Assembly (NCBI GenBank): GCA_012295275.1
Contig: CM022665.1
Span: 47,616,001-47,680,000 of the forward strand
Source: Chrysomallon squamiferum
Taxonomy: Eukaryota > Animalia > Mollusca
Direction of reading: 5' to 3'
Length of the DNA: 64,000 nucleotides
Below, piece by piece: positions 43,762 to 56,791 of the stretch. The translations under genes were made by a program, and so were the position numbers. The notes under the pieces were generated by a model that worked only from the letters and a program-made list of their open reading frames with translations, searched no databases and was not told the origin of the DNA. Position 1 is the first letter of the stretch. Each line of letters begins with the position of its first letter.

Positions 43762-45344
43762 GAAAAAGAAAAAAAAAAAAAAGAAAGAAAGCAAGCAAGA
43801 GAGAAAGAAAGAAAGAGAAAAAGAAAAAAGAAAGAAAAAAAGGAAAGAAAGAAAGCAAGAAAGAGAGAAAGAGAGAAAAAGAAAAAGAAAACAAAAAAGA
43901 AAAAAGAAAGAAAATAATGAAAACCTTTCTGATTTGAACAATTTTACAGTTTCAATTTCTTCCATTGACGTTAAGATTGTTGTCTTTTTTCTTAACTAAA
44001 ACAATATGCTTATTTCCGGCATCACACAACAAGTTAATTTTCTGTGACAACAAAATCAGAGGAATATTAACAGATCTACTGCTTACAAACAAGTATGAAA
44101 AGTGTGTCCTTGTCTCAGAATATGAATTTATTATTATTTATTATGGATTAAAACTGTTATCTCATGTTATAATACAACTTCATTCAACTGCTAAAATAAC
44201 ATAGAAGAAGATCTGGTTTTAAAAAAAAATCCATTTATTATCAATAATCGTTGATTTTTTTTGTTTTTCACTGAACCGGAATTTTATTATTATTATTATT
44301 ATTATTATTTTTTCCCCTTTGTACGAATGAGATTAGTTTCATGCTCAAGATTCCTGCTTAGTATTACCAGCGAATTATAGATTGAAAACAGACATCTGTT
44401 ATTGAAAATCTGTCACTTTGAAGAGGCATTAACTGTTACAGCTTGTTCCGCATGAGTGAATCCCGGCAAGAGAAAACAACAGATGACATGTGTTGTCTTC
44501 GTTATCAAGCAGCGTTTGAGTGTGGAACTTGAACAGAACTTTTCAATGAAACGAGTGAAATAAAAATATACAAACCATTCAGAAAAATGAGAATTTACAA
44601 CAACAAAAAAAAGCTGATTTATCATATTTATCACCTGAGAGAATTTACAACAACCAAAAAAAAAACTGATTTATCATATTTATCACCTGAGAGAATTTCT
44701 GTTATATATTTTTTTTTTTTTTATAGTTATGTATTTCTTGTCTGAAGTTTTGTCATTTTATAAATTAATTTCAATGCAATCTACTAAGTACAGCTTTGTT
44801 CAGGATGGTGTCAAACATAAGTGATGACTTTAAATTAAAAAAAATACCATTTGAATCATTCAGGCAAAGTGAAAAAAAGATTTTAAAAAAAGAGAGAAAA
44901 ATAAATCAACAGAGAGAATGTTTAGTTATTATTTTGTTAGATTGGTCCTATTCTTGTTTCTGTTCAGTTTAGATGAGTAAAATAATCCAATGTAATGAAT
45001 TTCAGTTCTTAAACTGTATCCAAACATTCAAGTCCGAAATAGTTTTTTAATGGAAATCATTAAAAAAATCAATAAAAAATCATTGAATGACTGAAGCTGG
45101 AACAAAGTTAAATTTATTCTATAAACAATCATTTTAATATTGTCAGTTAAAGATGTAAATTTTATAAAAGTAAAATATTATTTGAACAAATGATGTATTA
45201 ATATCATATTGACAAAAAATATAATAATAACAGATCAATATGAAAATAAATATGAATTTAACACTATTCCATACAGCCTAAAACAGATCTGAACTATATA
45301 TCTGATACACAATATTTGTAATTCTTGTATTTCTGTACAGCAGG

Positions 45345-45665
45345 TAAGTGGCACACACAGTGCAGTGGTGTAATTACAAGATGTCCTTTCATGGTCATGG
45401 GATCAATTCCTCTTGGTGGATCACTTTCTGAATTAGCCAGTGTTCCACAGATGGTGTGACATAAGCACTGGTAAGTACTCTCCTGTTTATGGGATAGTGC
45501 ATGTAAAGGATACATGGCTGCTAACAGGAAGGAACAGCCTATAAAAGGGATGGCAGCAGGTTTCTTATCTAGCAATCTGAATGGTCTTTTTAACAATATG
45601 TCGGACTCAGCATAAACATATAAAATGTGTTGAGTGTGCTGACAAATAAGTCGTTTCCTCCATTC
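45345..45665 (+). mobile_element. Degenerate near-full-length tRNA-derived SINE
   Basis: A-box-like AGTGCAGTGG, B-box-like GGATCAATTCC (45400-45410), core GGGATAGTGCATGTAAAGGATACATGGCTGCTAA shared with other fragments in the window, and tail AAAATGTGTTGAGTGTG. Confidence 0.7.
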
Positions 45666-46190
45666 ATTTGTTTATTCATTCGATTTAGAATCATACAAAA
45701 TGTCAAGTCCATAGAGTTAACTTTTCATGTGTGTGTGTTTTAATCAACTTTCTTATTCACATCTACTTCAAATTTCCTTCAAACATGTCTGTTCATCGAA
45801 CCACGTCAACAAAACCTCTGACATCAAAATATTTAAAAGTGTGAATGAAGTTTGCAGGGTTAAATGTTCAAAAGAGCCAAGAGTTGTCCTGTGTCAGCTC
45901 AGTGTGTACACAGGAGTGAAGAACATTATTGACTTACTCATTCACTGGCTGAAATAGCAGCACAGTCAACAGAAAGTGTGCAGTGAAAACCCCCAAAGAC
46001 AGCTAGTTACTGAATATGGATTGGGATACCATAATGATATAAGAGTTATTGCTAACATAAGTATATACATACACATACATACATATATATACATACACAC
46101 ATATATACATACATACATATATCTCATACATATACATCATACATATATATATATATATACACACACACATACATATATATACACACACAC

Positions 46191-46223
<33 letters not shown>

Positions 46224-46273
46224 TATATGCATGTATGTATGTATATATATATATATGTATGTGTATGTGTGTG

Positions 46274-46304
<31 letters not shown>

Positions 46305-46789
46305 AAAGAAATATTTATGTAAGCACTAACACACACATATCCCCCTACATATATATAAGCAATTAATTTTAGTTTCTTATAAAAATTTACTTCCATCCAT
46401 TTTATTTTGACTAATGCAAGATTTAAAAAAAAAAAAAAAAAATGGAACAAAAAATAGCTGATAGTAATCATTTAGCCATTCTGTGCCGATTCAAAGAAGC
46501 TTTTATTTGTTGTTTGTTTTTTAATTTTTTCTTTTTCGTTTACTCATAATACAGCAAACGCTTCATTTAATGGAACTCAGTTCAACGGACTCAACAATTT
46601 TGCGGACAGAATTTTTTGGCAGACTAATTCCTTTAGGTCCAAAGCAAAGAGCAGAGTTTCCCAGTGGAAGAAGCATCAGTAATTCATGCAATGTCTAACA
46701 GGACATGGACTGGTGAGTCATACACGCCCACACTCTCTTACAGATATAAACCTTTTTTTAAATCTTTTTAAAAACATTTTTTTGCTTCA

Positions 46790-48035
46790 TACGTTGTTAT
46801 ATATTCTTCCAGAAACAGTAAAGTATTATTATGCATTGTTATATATTCTTCTAGAAACAGTAAAGTATTATTATTCTTATTGTTATATATATGCATTGTT
46901 ATATATTCTTCCAGAAACAGTAAAGTATTATTCATTGTTATATATTCGTCTTGAAACAGTAAAGTATTATTATGCACTGTGTCTTGGAACAGTTAAGTAT
47001 TATTATGCACTGTCATATATTCGTCTTGAAACAGTAAAGTATTAAAACCTGTTATATATTCATCTTGGAACAGTATTAAGCACTGTTATATATTCTTCTT
47101 GGAACAGTGAAGTATTATTATGCATTGTTATATATTCATCTTGGAACAGTAAAGTATTAAATACTGTTATATATTCTTCTTGAAACATTAAAGTATTATA
47201 CATTGTTATATATTCTTCTTGAAACAGTAAAGTATTAACCACTGCTATATATTCTTCTTGAAATAGTTAAGTGTTGTTATGCATAGTTATATATTCATCT
47301 TGGAACAGTTAAGTATTATGCATAGTTACACATTCGTCTTGGAACAGTAAAGTATTATTATGCAGTTATATATTCATCTTGGAACAGTAAAGTATTATTA
47401 TGCACAGTTACATATTCTTCTTGGAACAGTAAAGTATTATGCATTGTTATATATTCTTCTTGGAACAGTTAACTATTATGTATTGTCTTGAAACAGTAAA
47501 GTATTATTATGCATAGTTATATATTCTTCTTGGAACAGTAGGTATTATTATGCACAGTTATATATTCTTCTTGGAACAGTAGGTATTATTATGCACAGTT
47601 ATATATTCTTCTTGGAACAGTTAACTATTATGTATTGTCTTGAAACAGTAAAGCATTATTATGTGTTGTTATATATTCATCTTGGAACAGTTAAGTATTA
47701 CTATGCACAGTTATATATTCATCTTGGAACAGTAAAGTATTATTATGCATAGTTATATATTCATCTTGGAACAGTAAAGTATTATTATGCAGTTATATAT
47801 TCATCTTGGAACAGTAAAGTATTATTATGCATAGTTATATATTCATCTTGGAACAGTAAAGTATTACTATGCACAGTTATATATTCATCTTGGAACAGTA
47901 AAGTATTATTAAACACTGTTATATATTCATCTTGAAACAGTAAATTATTATGCCCAGTTATATATTCATCTTGGAACAGTAAAGTATTACTATGCACAGT
48001 TATATATTCATCTTGGAACAGTTAAGTATTATAAC
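46790..48035. repeat. ~41-bp minisatellite, about 30 copies
   Basis: GTTATATATTCATCTTGGAACAGTAAAGTATTATTATGCA. Confidence 0.95.
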
Positions 48036-49097
48036 TGTGAAGCACTAATGTATCCCTGGGTTTTCAGCTAGATTAATAACCCAATTCAGGGTCACACTCG
48101 TTGTTGTTATCATCAGACATGACAGAAAATCAATGCAATCTTTTTGCCTGAACTAATGCGATGAAAAACATGTACTGTGCGCACTGCTTCTAATTTCTAC
48201 ATTATGGGCAACGTCCAGTTGAGATAAACCAAAGTGTCCCGTAATTAATAAAAGGTAACGAAAAGAAAAAAAAAAAAAAAAAAGAAAGATCCAAAAATGA
48301 AAGAAAAGTAATTATTCAGGCAACTGTTACGCTTACTTTGGTTTGATGTTGTTACTGATGCCGACGTATTCAATCAACCTGTTAGAAAAGCTTTATAATA
48401 AAAAAATTATAAAAAAACATTAAAATATTTTTTCTGACTGTACGAGCAACAGTTGCTGTTTAACATTAACTGTTATGTTATTAGCATTACTTATCATACA
48501 GCTGTGTAATTTTGTTAGTTTAGAGTAAGCAGCAACAAGAAGAATTTGAAAAACAACAAATTCTATATAGTCCTCAGCCAATTGGTTCGGTCTGTTTCTT
48601 TAATTAACTACAGCGATTTATAATCTAACATATGTGAAGATCTTTTAAAAAAAAAAGAAAAAAAAAAGTAATATCTGTACATGCATAAATGTATTCATAT
48701 TTAATTTAAAAAAATAAAAATTGATTATCTAAAAAAGTATATTTGTATCTGTATCTCTGTATGTTTTTCTTTTTATTTCTTTTTTGTTAAATTTTAATTT
48801 CACTATGCCTTTTGCTGCAGGGATTTTTGGTTTTCAAAACAAAGTTAAAATGCTTTAATGGATAGTAGCTGGTCATATATCTATATATACTGCCTGCTGA
48901 CAAAACGCTATAATAAAATTGATGATTCACAGAACCCAAAGTAAAAAAAATAATAATAAAATAAAAAAACAGGATATCTGGCATAGCCACAGCAATCTTA
49001 TAGATATCATTAAAAACCTATTAAAGTATCCTTGGCTATGTTTAATTTTGTCAGTGGTGAAATATACACTAAGTTTTTTCTATTTAGTTTTCTTTTT

Positions 49098-49140
<43 letters not shown>

Positions 49141-51269
49141 TTTTTTAAACTAATAAATAAATAAATAAATAAAATATAGTTCGTTAAGATCTTTTAATTA
49201 AGTTTTGCTTCTAATCACTGTTACATTAATGATTAGTGTTTATACCTCTACAAACATCAAGCATCAATCGTTTAACCAAACAGAAAATGTTTTACGATAA
49301 TTAATAAAAATTAATCTGATGCTGTTGTACTAACAGCACTTGTTAGCATCATTCTTTATTCTTTTGAAAATTTACAATTATCGCTATTAAACAGCACGAT
49401 CTGTCATAAAATCAAACTAATTCCTTTAAGCACTGACGTCTACCGTTATGATTGAAATTTGCCAAAAGTGCTCAAAATAAAATAATAGTAATAAAAACCA
49501 CTGCTAAGGTTTCAGAGGTATTTTTGCACCGTCACGCCTATTTTTACAGTCTTTAAAGGGGATATGACACACCTGATTCACAGGAACATTCACAAACCAA
49601 CAGTTCAGTATTGCCTCTGTAACATTAGATGATTTGCTAAACCACTGGTGATATGTTTACTGAAAAGACATATCTTTTATAAAAGAAAGAAAAAACAATT
49701 TGAATGCCCAAACAAAAAAACATTCCAATCAATTTCAACAGAGCCTTTCAAACATATTCTTTTTTTTTTTTCTTTTTTTCAAAAACAGAATAACAACTTT
49801 TGAACATTAACATTAATAGCATTGGAAGAGTCAATCTAGCTAGATAAAAGTGAATTAATCAGTAGAAATGAATGCAATAAAAATCTCTTAGATATGTTGT
49901 ACATAAAATTCAATGATTTAAATACTCAATGTTTTTTAACCTTTGTAGTAAACTTATTGGAATTAACCGACTATTATAAATGAATGGTTAAGTCTTATTA
50001 GATCTGTAAAAGGGTTATATAAATAAAGTGATATCTGAAATAACGAATAATTTATATTAATTGATATATATATATATATTACTTAAACAAATAGGTTAAC
50101 TATAACTATCAAAAATATCTTCTTAACTTAATATAAATGGTCCAATGACTGATCTGTCTATATGTCTGTCATAAAAAAAGGTTCATTAGCTATATCACAA
50201 CTAAATACTTAAACTAAATCTGAATATGTGTATCTTGGCATGGATGTACAAATCTTGTTGAATTCTAAGAAAATGATTCTTCTAAAGATCTTTATAAGTT
50301 ACAGATGATACATCAAAGTTGTTAATTAAAGGGACAGACTGCAGCAATTAGCAAGCGTGTAGTTTTCAACAACCACAATCCCTCAGTTAAATGAACAAAA
50401 ACACTGTGAGCATTTCAGACATAAAACTTTCTCCTTTTGCCCTTTCTAGCATCTCACTACCATCACTAAATCTTGTCATTTCCTTACTCAGATTATTACC
50501 TTGTGTACAGTGCTGTAATTTTGTATCCAGTAATTAAATTATTTTTAACACTATTTCATATTTAAGAATATTTTTAAAAAAGCAGTTCGTAAGTAATGTG
50601 TTCTGTCATGCCTCTGGTGCTGAAAATGATACCAGTAACATTTGTATGAAATATTTTTTGTAACTGATAAAAAAAAAAAAAAAAAAATTGTTTTATTGTA
50701 ATAAAGCTGAAGATTAGTCTGATATAAATAAATAAATAAATTTAAAAAAAAAAGAATAATAAAAAGAATAAATAAAAAAAAAAAAAAAAAATAAATAACA
50801 ATAAAAAAAAAAAAAGCTTTAATAATGGTGCTTATTACACTTCCAGAAATAAAAACAAAAAAAAAAAAAAAAACGTTTCATTTTACATGCATACATACAT
50901 ATATATATCTATATATATATACATGTGTGTGGGTGGGTGTAAGGTCTCTCTGGAGTGTTTATTTTACAAATAACAGAGGTCAATGAAAGACATACATCAC
51001 CAATGTGTTGTTAGGGGCTGTCAGCATTATATGAATACATGCATGTAAAATTATATGAAATATTGTTCACTGGGAGTGTGATGGTCCTGATTGCAATTAT
51101 TCATTCTAATCTCTTCATATATACAGACAGGTACAGATATACAGATATACAGACACAGATACAGATATTCAGACAGATACAGATAGATATACAGATATAC
51201 AGACAGATACAGATAGATATACAGATATACAGACAGATACAGATCTAGATCTGGATACAGATACATACA

Positions 51270-51300
<31 letters not shown>

Positions 51301-51351
51301 ACACATGCATACACACACATACAGATAGATAGATAGATAGATAGGTTGTCT

Positions 51352-51403
<52 letters not shown>

Positions 51404-51759
51404 CAAAATGTGATAATAACAGATAACATATCCAAATAGCCTTGACCATGTTTACTGTAAATTACATAAGCGTCTGAATGCTTCATTAATTTCAAAATAT
51501 AAAAAAGAAGTAAAAATATATAAATTTATAACATAACATTCAACTGCTTTGACAGTTTGTAGTACTGAAATAAAAATGTGCGCTATTTTGATAATATTCA
51601 GTACTAAAATAGTCTCAGATATTTAAAGACAGTGAAGGAAAAACAGCGTACATTATCAAAATAGCCCACATCAAATTAGATGACTAAAATACTTAAATAG
51701 CTTGTTGAAAAGAAACAAGCTAAAAATGTCTATTAACTGTTAATATGAAAATTTAGTCT

Positions 51760-52100
51760 GTTGTACTGAAATACTCTACAATAATTTGTTTTGTGAAGAA
51801 AATAAGCTGATGTACTGAAATACTTTGAAATGAAAATTTTTTAACGAAATAACCTGGTACATTCAAATACTCTGACATAATTTTTATTAACGAAATACAC
51901 TCTTATACAGAAATACTCTGAAATATATTTTGTTAACAAAATAAGCCAGTGTACTGAAATAATTTTTGTTAACAAAGTTAGCTGGTGTACTGAAATACTC
52001 TGAAATAATTTTTTTGTTAATGAAACGAACTGGTGTACTGAAATCCTCTGAAATAATTTTTGTTAATGAAATGAACTTCTGTACTGAAAGCCTCCGAAAT
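51760..52100. repeat. ~45-bp degenerate minisatellite
   Basis: GTGTACTGAAATACTCTGAAATAATTTTTGTTAA. Confidence 0.8.
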
Positions 52101-52445
52101 CAGCTGGAATTCTGCTGAAACAGTCAGTAGTCACTTTAAAATCCTGTACAACAATGGAGCTGCTAATGAATTCTGAGTAAGTGCTTGTCAATAAAATTAT
52201 TTCAGACGTTGACTAAATTCATAAGAGTTCCAGGTGTGTATGACACTGGTGATTTACGACCCTAGCCTAACAATAGCCACACTTTTCACTCACTCACTCA
52301 CTCACTCACTCACTCACGGCACTGATTTAATCAATACTCACATCATACACTCAGCTTATAAACTGAAATAAAAATAACGTTCAGGTACAAAAAAGGTATG
52401 ACTTCAAATTATGATTAATGTGAAATAAAAGAAATACCTCAATTC

Positions 52446-52486
<41 letters not shown>

Positions 52487-52921
52487 GTATATGTATATAT
52501 GTCTATATATGTATATATTACCTGTTTATGATTTTGTTATTTCCCTACCTAAATGGTCCTGTGTGAACCAGATATCTTTGTGTAAATTAAGACAGGCATT
52601 CATTCACCTTTTGACAAAATGTAAATTATACACATGTGAAAAACGTTTATTTCCTGAAGCACTGACAAACTTTTCGAATTAACATCACACATTACTTTAA
52701 CACTGTCATGAAATTCTCAAAACTATACTTTGTTGAGATTATGAAGAAAAAACATATTTTATTCATCTTTAAATGATCATATACATATAACCAAGTTCTT
52801 TTGGAGTCATAGTTACTAGTACAAGCATTGCCAGTTCTTAATTTTCTGTTTTAGTACTGAAGGCTTGTTTCATTTTGCTAAAAACTGTAGACCTATATTT
52901 ACTTTTAGATGAGGCAAGAAT

Positions 52922-52963
<42 letters not shown>

Positions 52964-53739
52964 CAAACCCACAGATATTTTTTTTTTTTCCATTGTCTGC
53001 CAGGATCTGAATATACTGTATTTTTGTTCACGTGTCTAGGAAGTATGTGAAAACAACATAAAACAAATGCAAAATGCTGCTGCAGGAAAGGTAGAGGTTA
53101 TAATTAGCACCAGGATCTGTGTTGCTAACAAAACTAATATTTACATTTATGTTTTCATCTTTTTTCATCTTCTTCGTGAACATTAAAACTTCCATTCCTC
53201 ACTGTACAGAGAGAATAAATAATGAATTTACATAATTATTAACAAGACAGTTATTTCCTCCAACAACAAGTTAATTATTCACCATTTTCCTCCTAATCAC
53301 TGTTTCATCTTTTTTCAATTACTTCCAAAAAAACAATAAAAAAACCCCACTCTGCTTCTTTTTTTAACTTACAAAATCTGTCCTGAACGCAAATTGTCTG
53401 ACACATTTGTCTGTGTATACATGTCAGAAGCTATAAAAAGATCATCGCACTGACCAACACTCAGCGACGACGATCTCTGCCGAAGAACCCCAAAACACAG
53501 ACATTTCCAATCAGCTCAGAATAGCAGAAACAACATTACCGGTGCCTGGACCGGTTCGGTCCTCACCATCAACACATGTCTGAGCTGAAAGCAAAGCATT
53601 TGATCCGCGTCTTTTGATGGGTGAACAGATTGTGGTCAAGAAATAGTCAGAGTGCTATAAACATTCACCTGCTCAGCAATAAGTGTATGTATTGTGTCTG
53701 TGTGTCTCTATGTGTGTGTGTGTGTGAGTGTGTGTGTGT

Positions 53740-54077
53740 GTGTTATTTAATATAATAAAGCTAGAATTATCAGTATTGTGTTGTGTGTGTTTTTGTGTTA
53801 TTGAATATAATAAAACTAGAATTATCTGTGGTGTGTGTGTGTGTGTGTGTGTTATTGAATATAATAAAACTAGAATTATATGTATTGTATGTGTCTGTCT
53901 GTGTGTGTGTTTTGTGTGTGTTATTGAATATAATAAAACTAGATTTATCACTATTGAGTGCATTTTGTATGTGTTATTGAATATAATAAAACTAGAATTA
54001 TCTGTACTGTGTTGTGTGTGTGTTTTTTTATGTGTTATTGAATATAATAAAACTAGAAGTATCTGTATTGTGTTGTG

Positions 54078-54111
<34 letters not shown>

Positions 54112-54950
54112 GAATATAATAAAACTAGAATTATCTGTATTGTATGTGTCTGTGTGTTTTGTGTGTGTTACTGAATATAATAAAACTAGATTTATCACTA
54201 TTGTGTGCATTTTGTATGTGTTATTGAATATAATAAAACTAGAATTATCTGTACTGTGTTGTGTGTGTGTTTTTTATGTGTTATTGAATATAATAAAACT
54301 AGAATTATCTGTATTGTGTTGTGTGTGTGTTGTGTATGTTATTGAATATAATAAAAGAAGAATTATCACTATTGTGTGTGTGTTTTTTGTGTGTGTTATT
54401 GAATGTAATAAAACTAGACGTATCAGTATTGTGTGTGTTATTGAATAAAATAAAACTAGAATTATCTGTATCGTGTTGTGTGTGCGTTTTGTGTGTGCTA
54501 CTGTATATAATAAAACAAGAATTATCTGTATTGTGTGCGTGTGGGTGGGTGAGTTATTGAATATAATAAAACTAGAATTATCTGTATTGTGTGTGTTAGT
54601 GTGTGTTTTTTGTATGTTATTGAATATAATAAAACTATAATTGTCAGTATTGTGTGTGTTTGTGTGTGTTTTTTGTATGTTATTGAATATAATAAAACCA
54701 GAAGTATCAGTATTGTGTGTGTATGTGTGGGTGTGTGTCTTATTGAACATAATATAAACCAAAATTGCCAGTATTGTGTGTGTGTGTGTGTGTGTGTGTT
54801 ATTGAATATAATAAAACTAGAATTATCTGTATTGTATTGTGGGTGTGTTTGGTATGTGTTACTGAATATAATAAAACCAGTAGTATCAGTATTGTGTGTG
54901 TGTGTATGGGTGTCTTACTGAATATAATAAAACCAGAATGATCAGAAGTG
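53740..54950. repeat. Minisatellite with a fixed ~35-bp core and variable (GT)-rich linkers, about 20 copies
   Basis: GTTATTGAATATAATAAAACTAGAATTATCTGTATTG separated by GT-rich tracts of varying length. Confidence 0.95.
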
Positions 54951-56631
54951 TGTGTTTTCTAACTCAGTGTACATGACTATATTATTATGTAATAATAACC
55001 ACGCTTATTATTCCCAGCACAATGCTCATTTCACCTCTTCTTTTTTTTTTTCTGACATTTTGCATTCAATGAATATAAAATAACAAATAACTATTTGACA
55101 GTTTGCTTCAAATCTATATGAAAAAAATATGCATTTGACAAATAATTTTTTTTTTTTTAAATTTCTGATGAAAGTTATATTAGAATAACAAGAAAAATAT
55201 AATAATTATTATTAATTTTTTTTTGTTTTTGCCAACTTGTATAATATGCAATATCATTCCATAAAAGCTAAAACAAGATTTCTAAAGCAGCTTGCGATAT
55301 ACATAAGTATCTCAAATATTTGAGACATACTTAGAAATTTTCATGTTCTTTAACAATATACACAGACATGTTAACTTTTGAGTGCTGCATTTATGGTCTG
55401 ATGTTCTGAAGTTTAGAAGCAAGCAGGGTTTCTCGTAGTGTATTATTACCCTGGCTGCAGAGGCCATATCATAGAGTTAGTAACAAAGTTGAAGAATACC
55501 CTGCAATTAGTGTTCTGGTCAGCAGAGTAATTAGTTAAACATGTTGGCTTCATGAATACGAGCACCCAGTAACAGGGGATCACTGTAATGCAACCTATGT
55601 ACCGAACTGTGTATCTGGTATGCTGGGAAATGAGTGCCATCTTCCATGTGGTTAGCAAGTCTGCATAGCACAAGTCAAGTGTTTGCCATTATCTCCTAGG
55701 CAGCCAAGTCCTGCACTCAAAATAACTTAACAATTCCAACATGCTACAGTGATTATCACAAATCAGTTGCATAACTCCAATAATATAATATTCTGAAGAT
55801 GTTACAGTTGCTTACGTTACGGTATATAAATACTCCTTAACAAAAACCATAGTATTTCCTCTAGAGGAATTTCGAGTTCTGTCTTGGAAAAAAATTTAAC
55901 AGAATTTACGGTTTGGCTCAGTAAATATGGTTTTAATATCAGATATAAATAAAGAATATCGAGTATTTGCCAAAGGGCTGATTAATCTCTCTGTGTGTGC
56001 CACTTGATTTACATAATCACTGCAAACCATCAAAATTCAAGATTAAATTCTTTGACTTTAGTTCAAATAATATGCATGGAATTTTAGAATGTCGAGCATT
56101 TCATTGAGATGCAGTATCTCAGGTAACAGTTTTACAATTTTCACTTAACACTACAAGGAAAAAATGCATAAAAAATCTCTTTTGTAAATTATAATTTTCA
56201 TTATTTCTTACTCATAAATTCACACTGCAATTTTAGATAAACAGACAGTTGTTTTGATCTGTGGATTAAGGAAGACAGATTGACAGACAGACAGACAAGA
56301 TAGAGAGACACACATATTCATTTAGACTGGTGTACTGCAGTGCATTTCCCCTAATAGGTTATCACAAAGATAACCACACAAGTTATATGTGGGACAGTGG
56401 AAAGAAATTTGTGATTTCTCCCAAGTGCACACAAAGCTCTAAAAATACTTAAGTCTCTGCATGGGTGTGTGTGACTAGTGTCTACTGTAACATGTGTTAA
56501 AATAGACTGGCAGGTAATATGCAAGCAGATGGAACCAGCAGAAATAATTAAAGTTAACAGTGAACCAAAAAAATGCAGTTAGCATACGCATGTAATGTAT
56601 AAATAAATAAATAAATAAGTAAGTAAGTAAG

Positions 56632-56674
<43 letters not shown>

Positions 56675-56735
56675 ACAAATAAATAAATAATAAAAATAAA
56701 TAAATAAATAAATTAAAATAAACAAAAATAAAAAC

Positions 56736-56768
<33 letters not shown>

Positions 56769-56791
56769 GTAATGGAAAAAGGTACACTTAC

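Noticed and set aside
53740-54950. CRISPR-like repeat-spacer look (also 38270-38900)
   Set aside because: Linkers are low-complexity or mutually homologous, there are no cas genes, and the context is a eukaryotic intron.
55430-55720. GC-richer block possibly an exon or a second SINE family
   Set aside because: No NCX-like translation, no convincing splice pair, and no second copy seen in the window.
56788-56791. Stop codon ending the 602-aa ORF as the true gene end
   Set aside because: It lies within a GTAAGT donor. The protein lacks the C-terminal TMs and the alpha-2 repeat, and it continues in frame at 17771.
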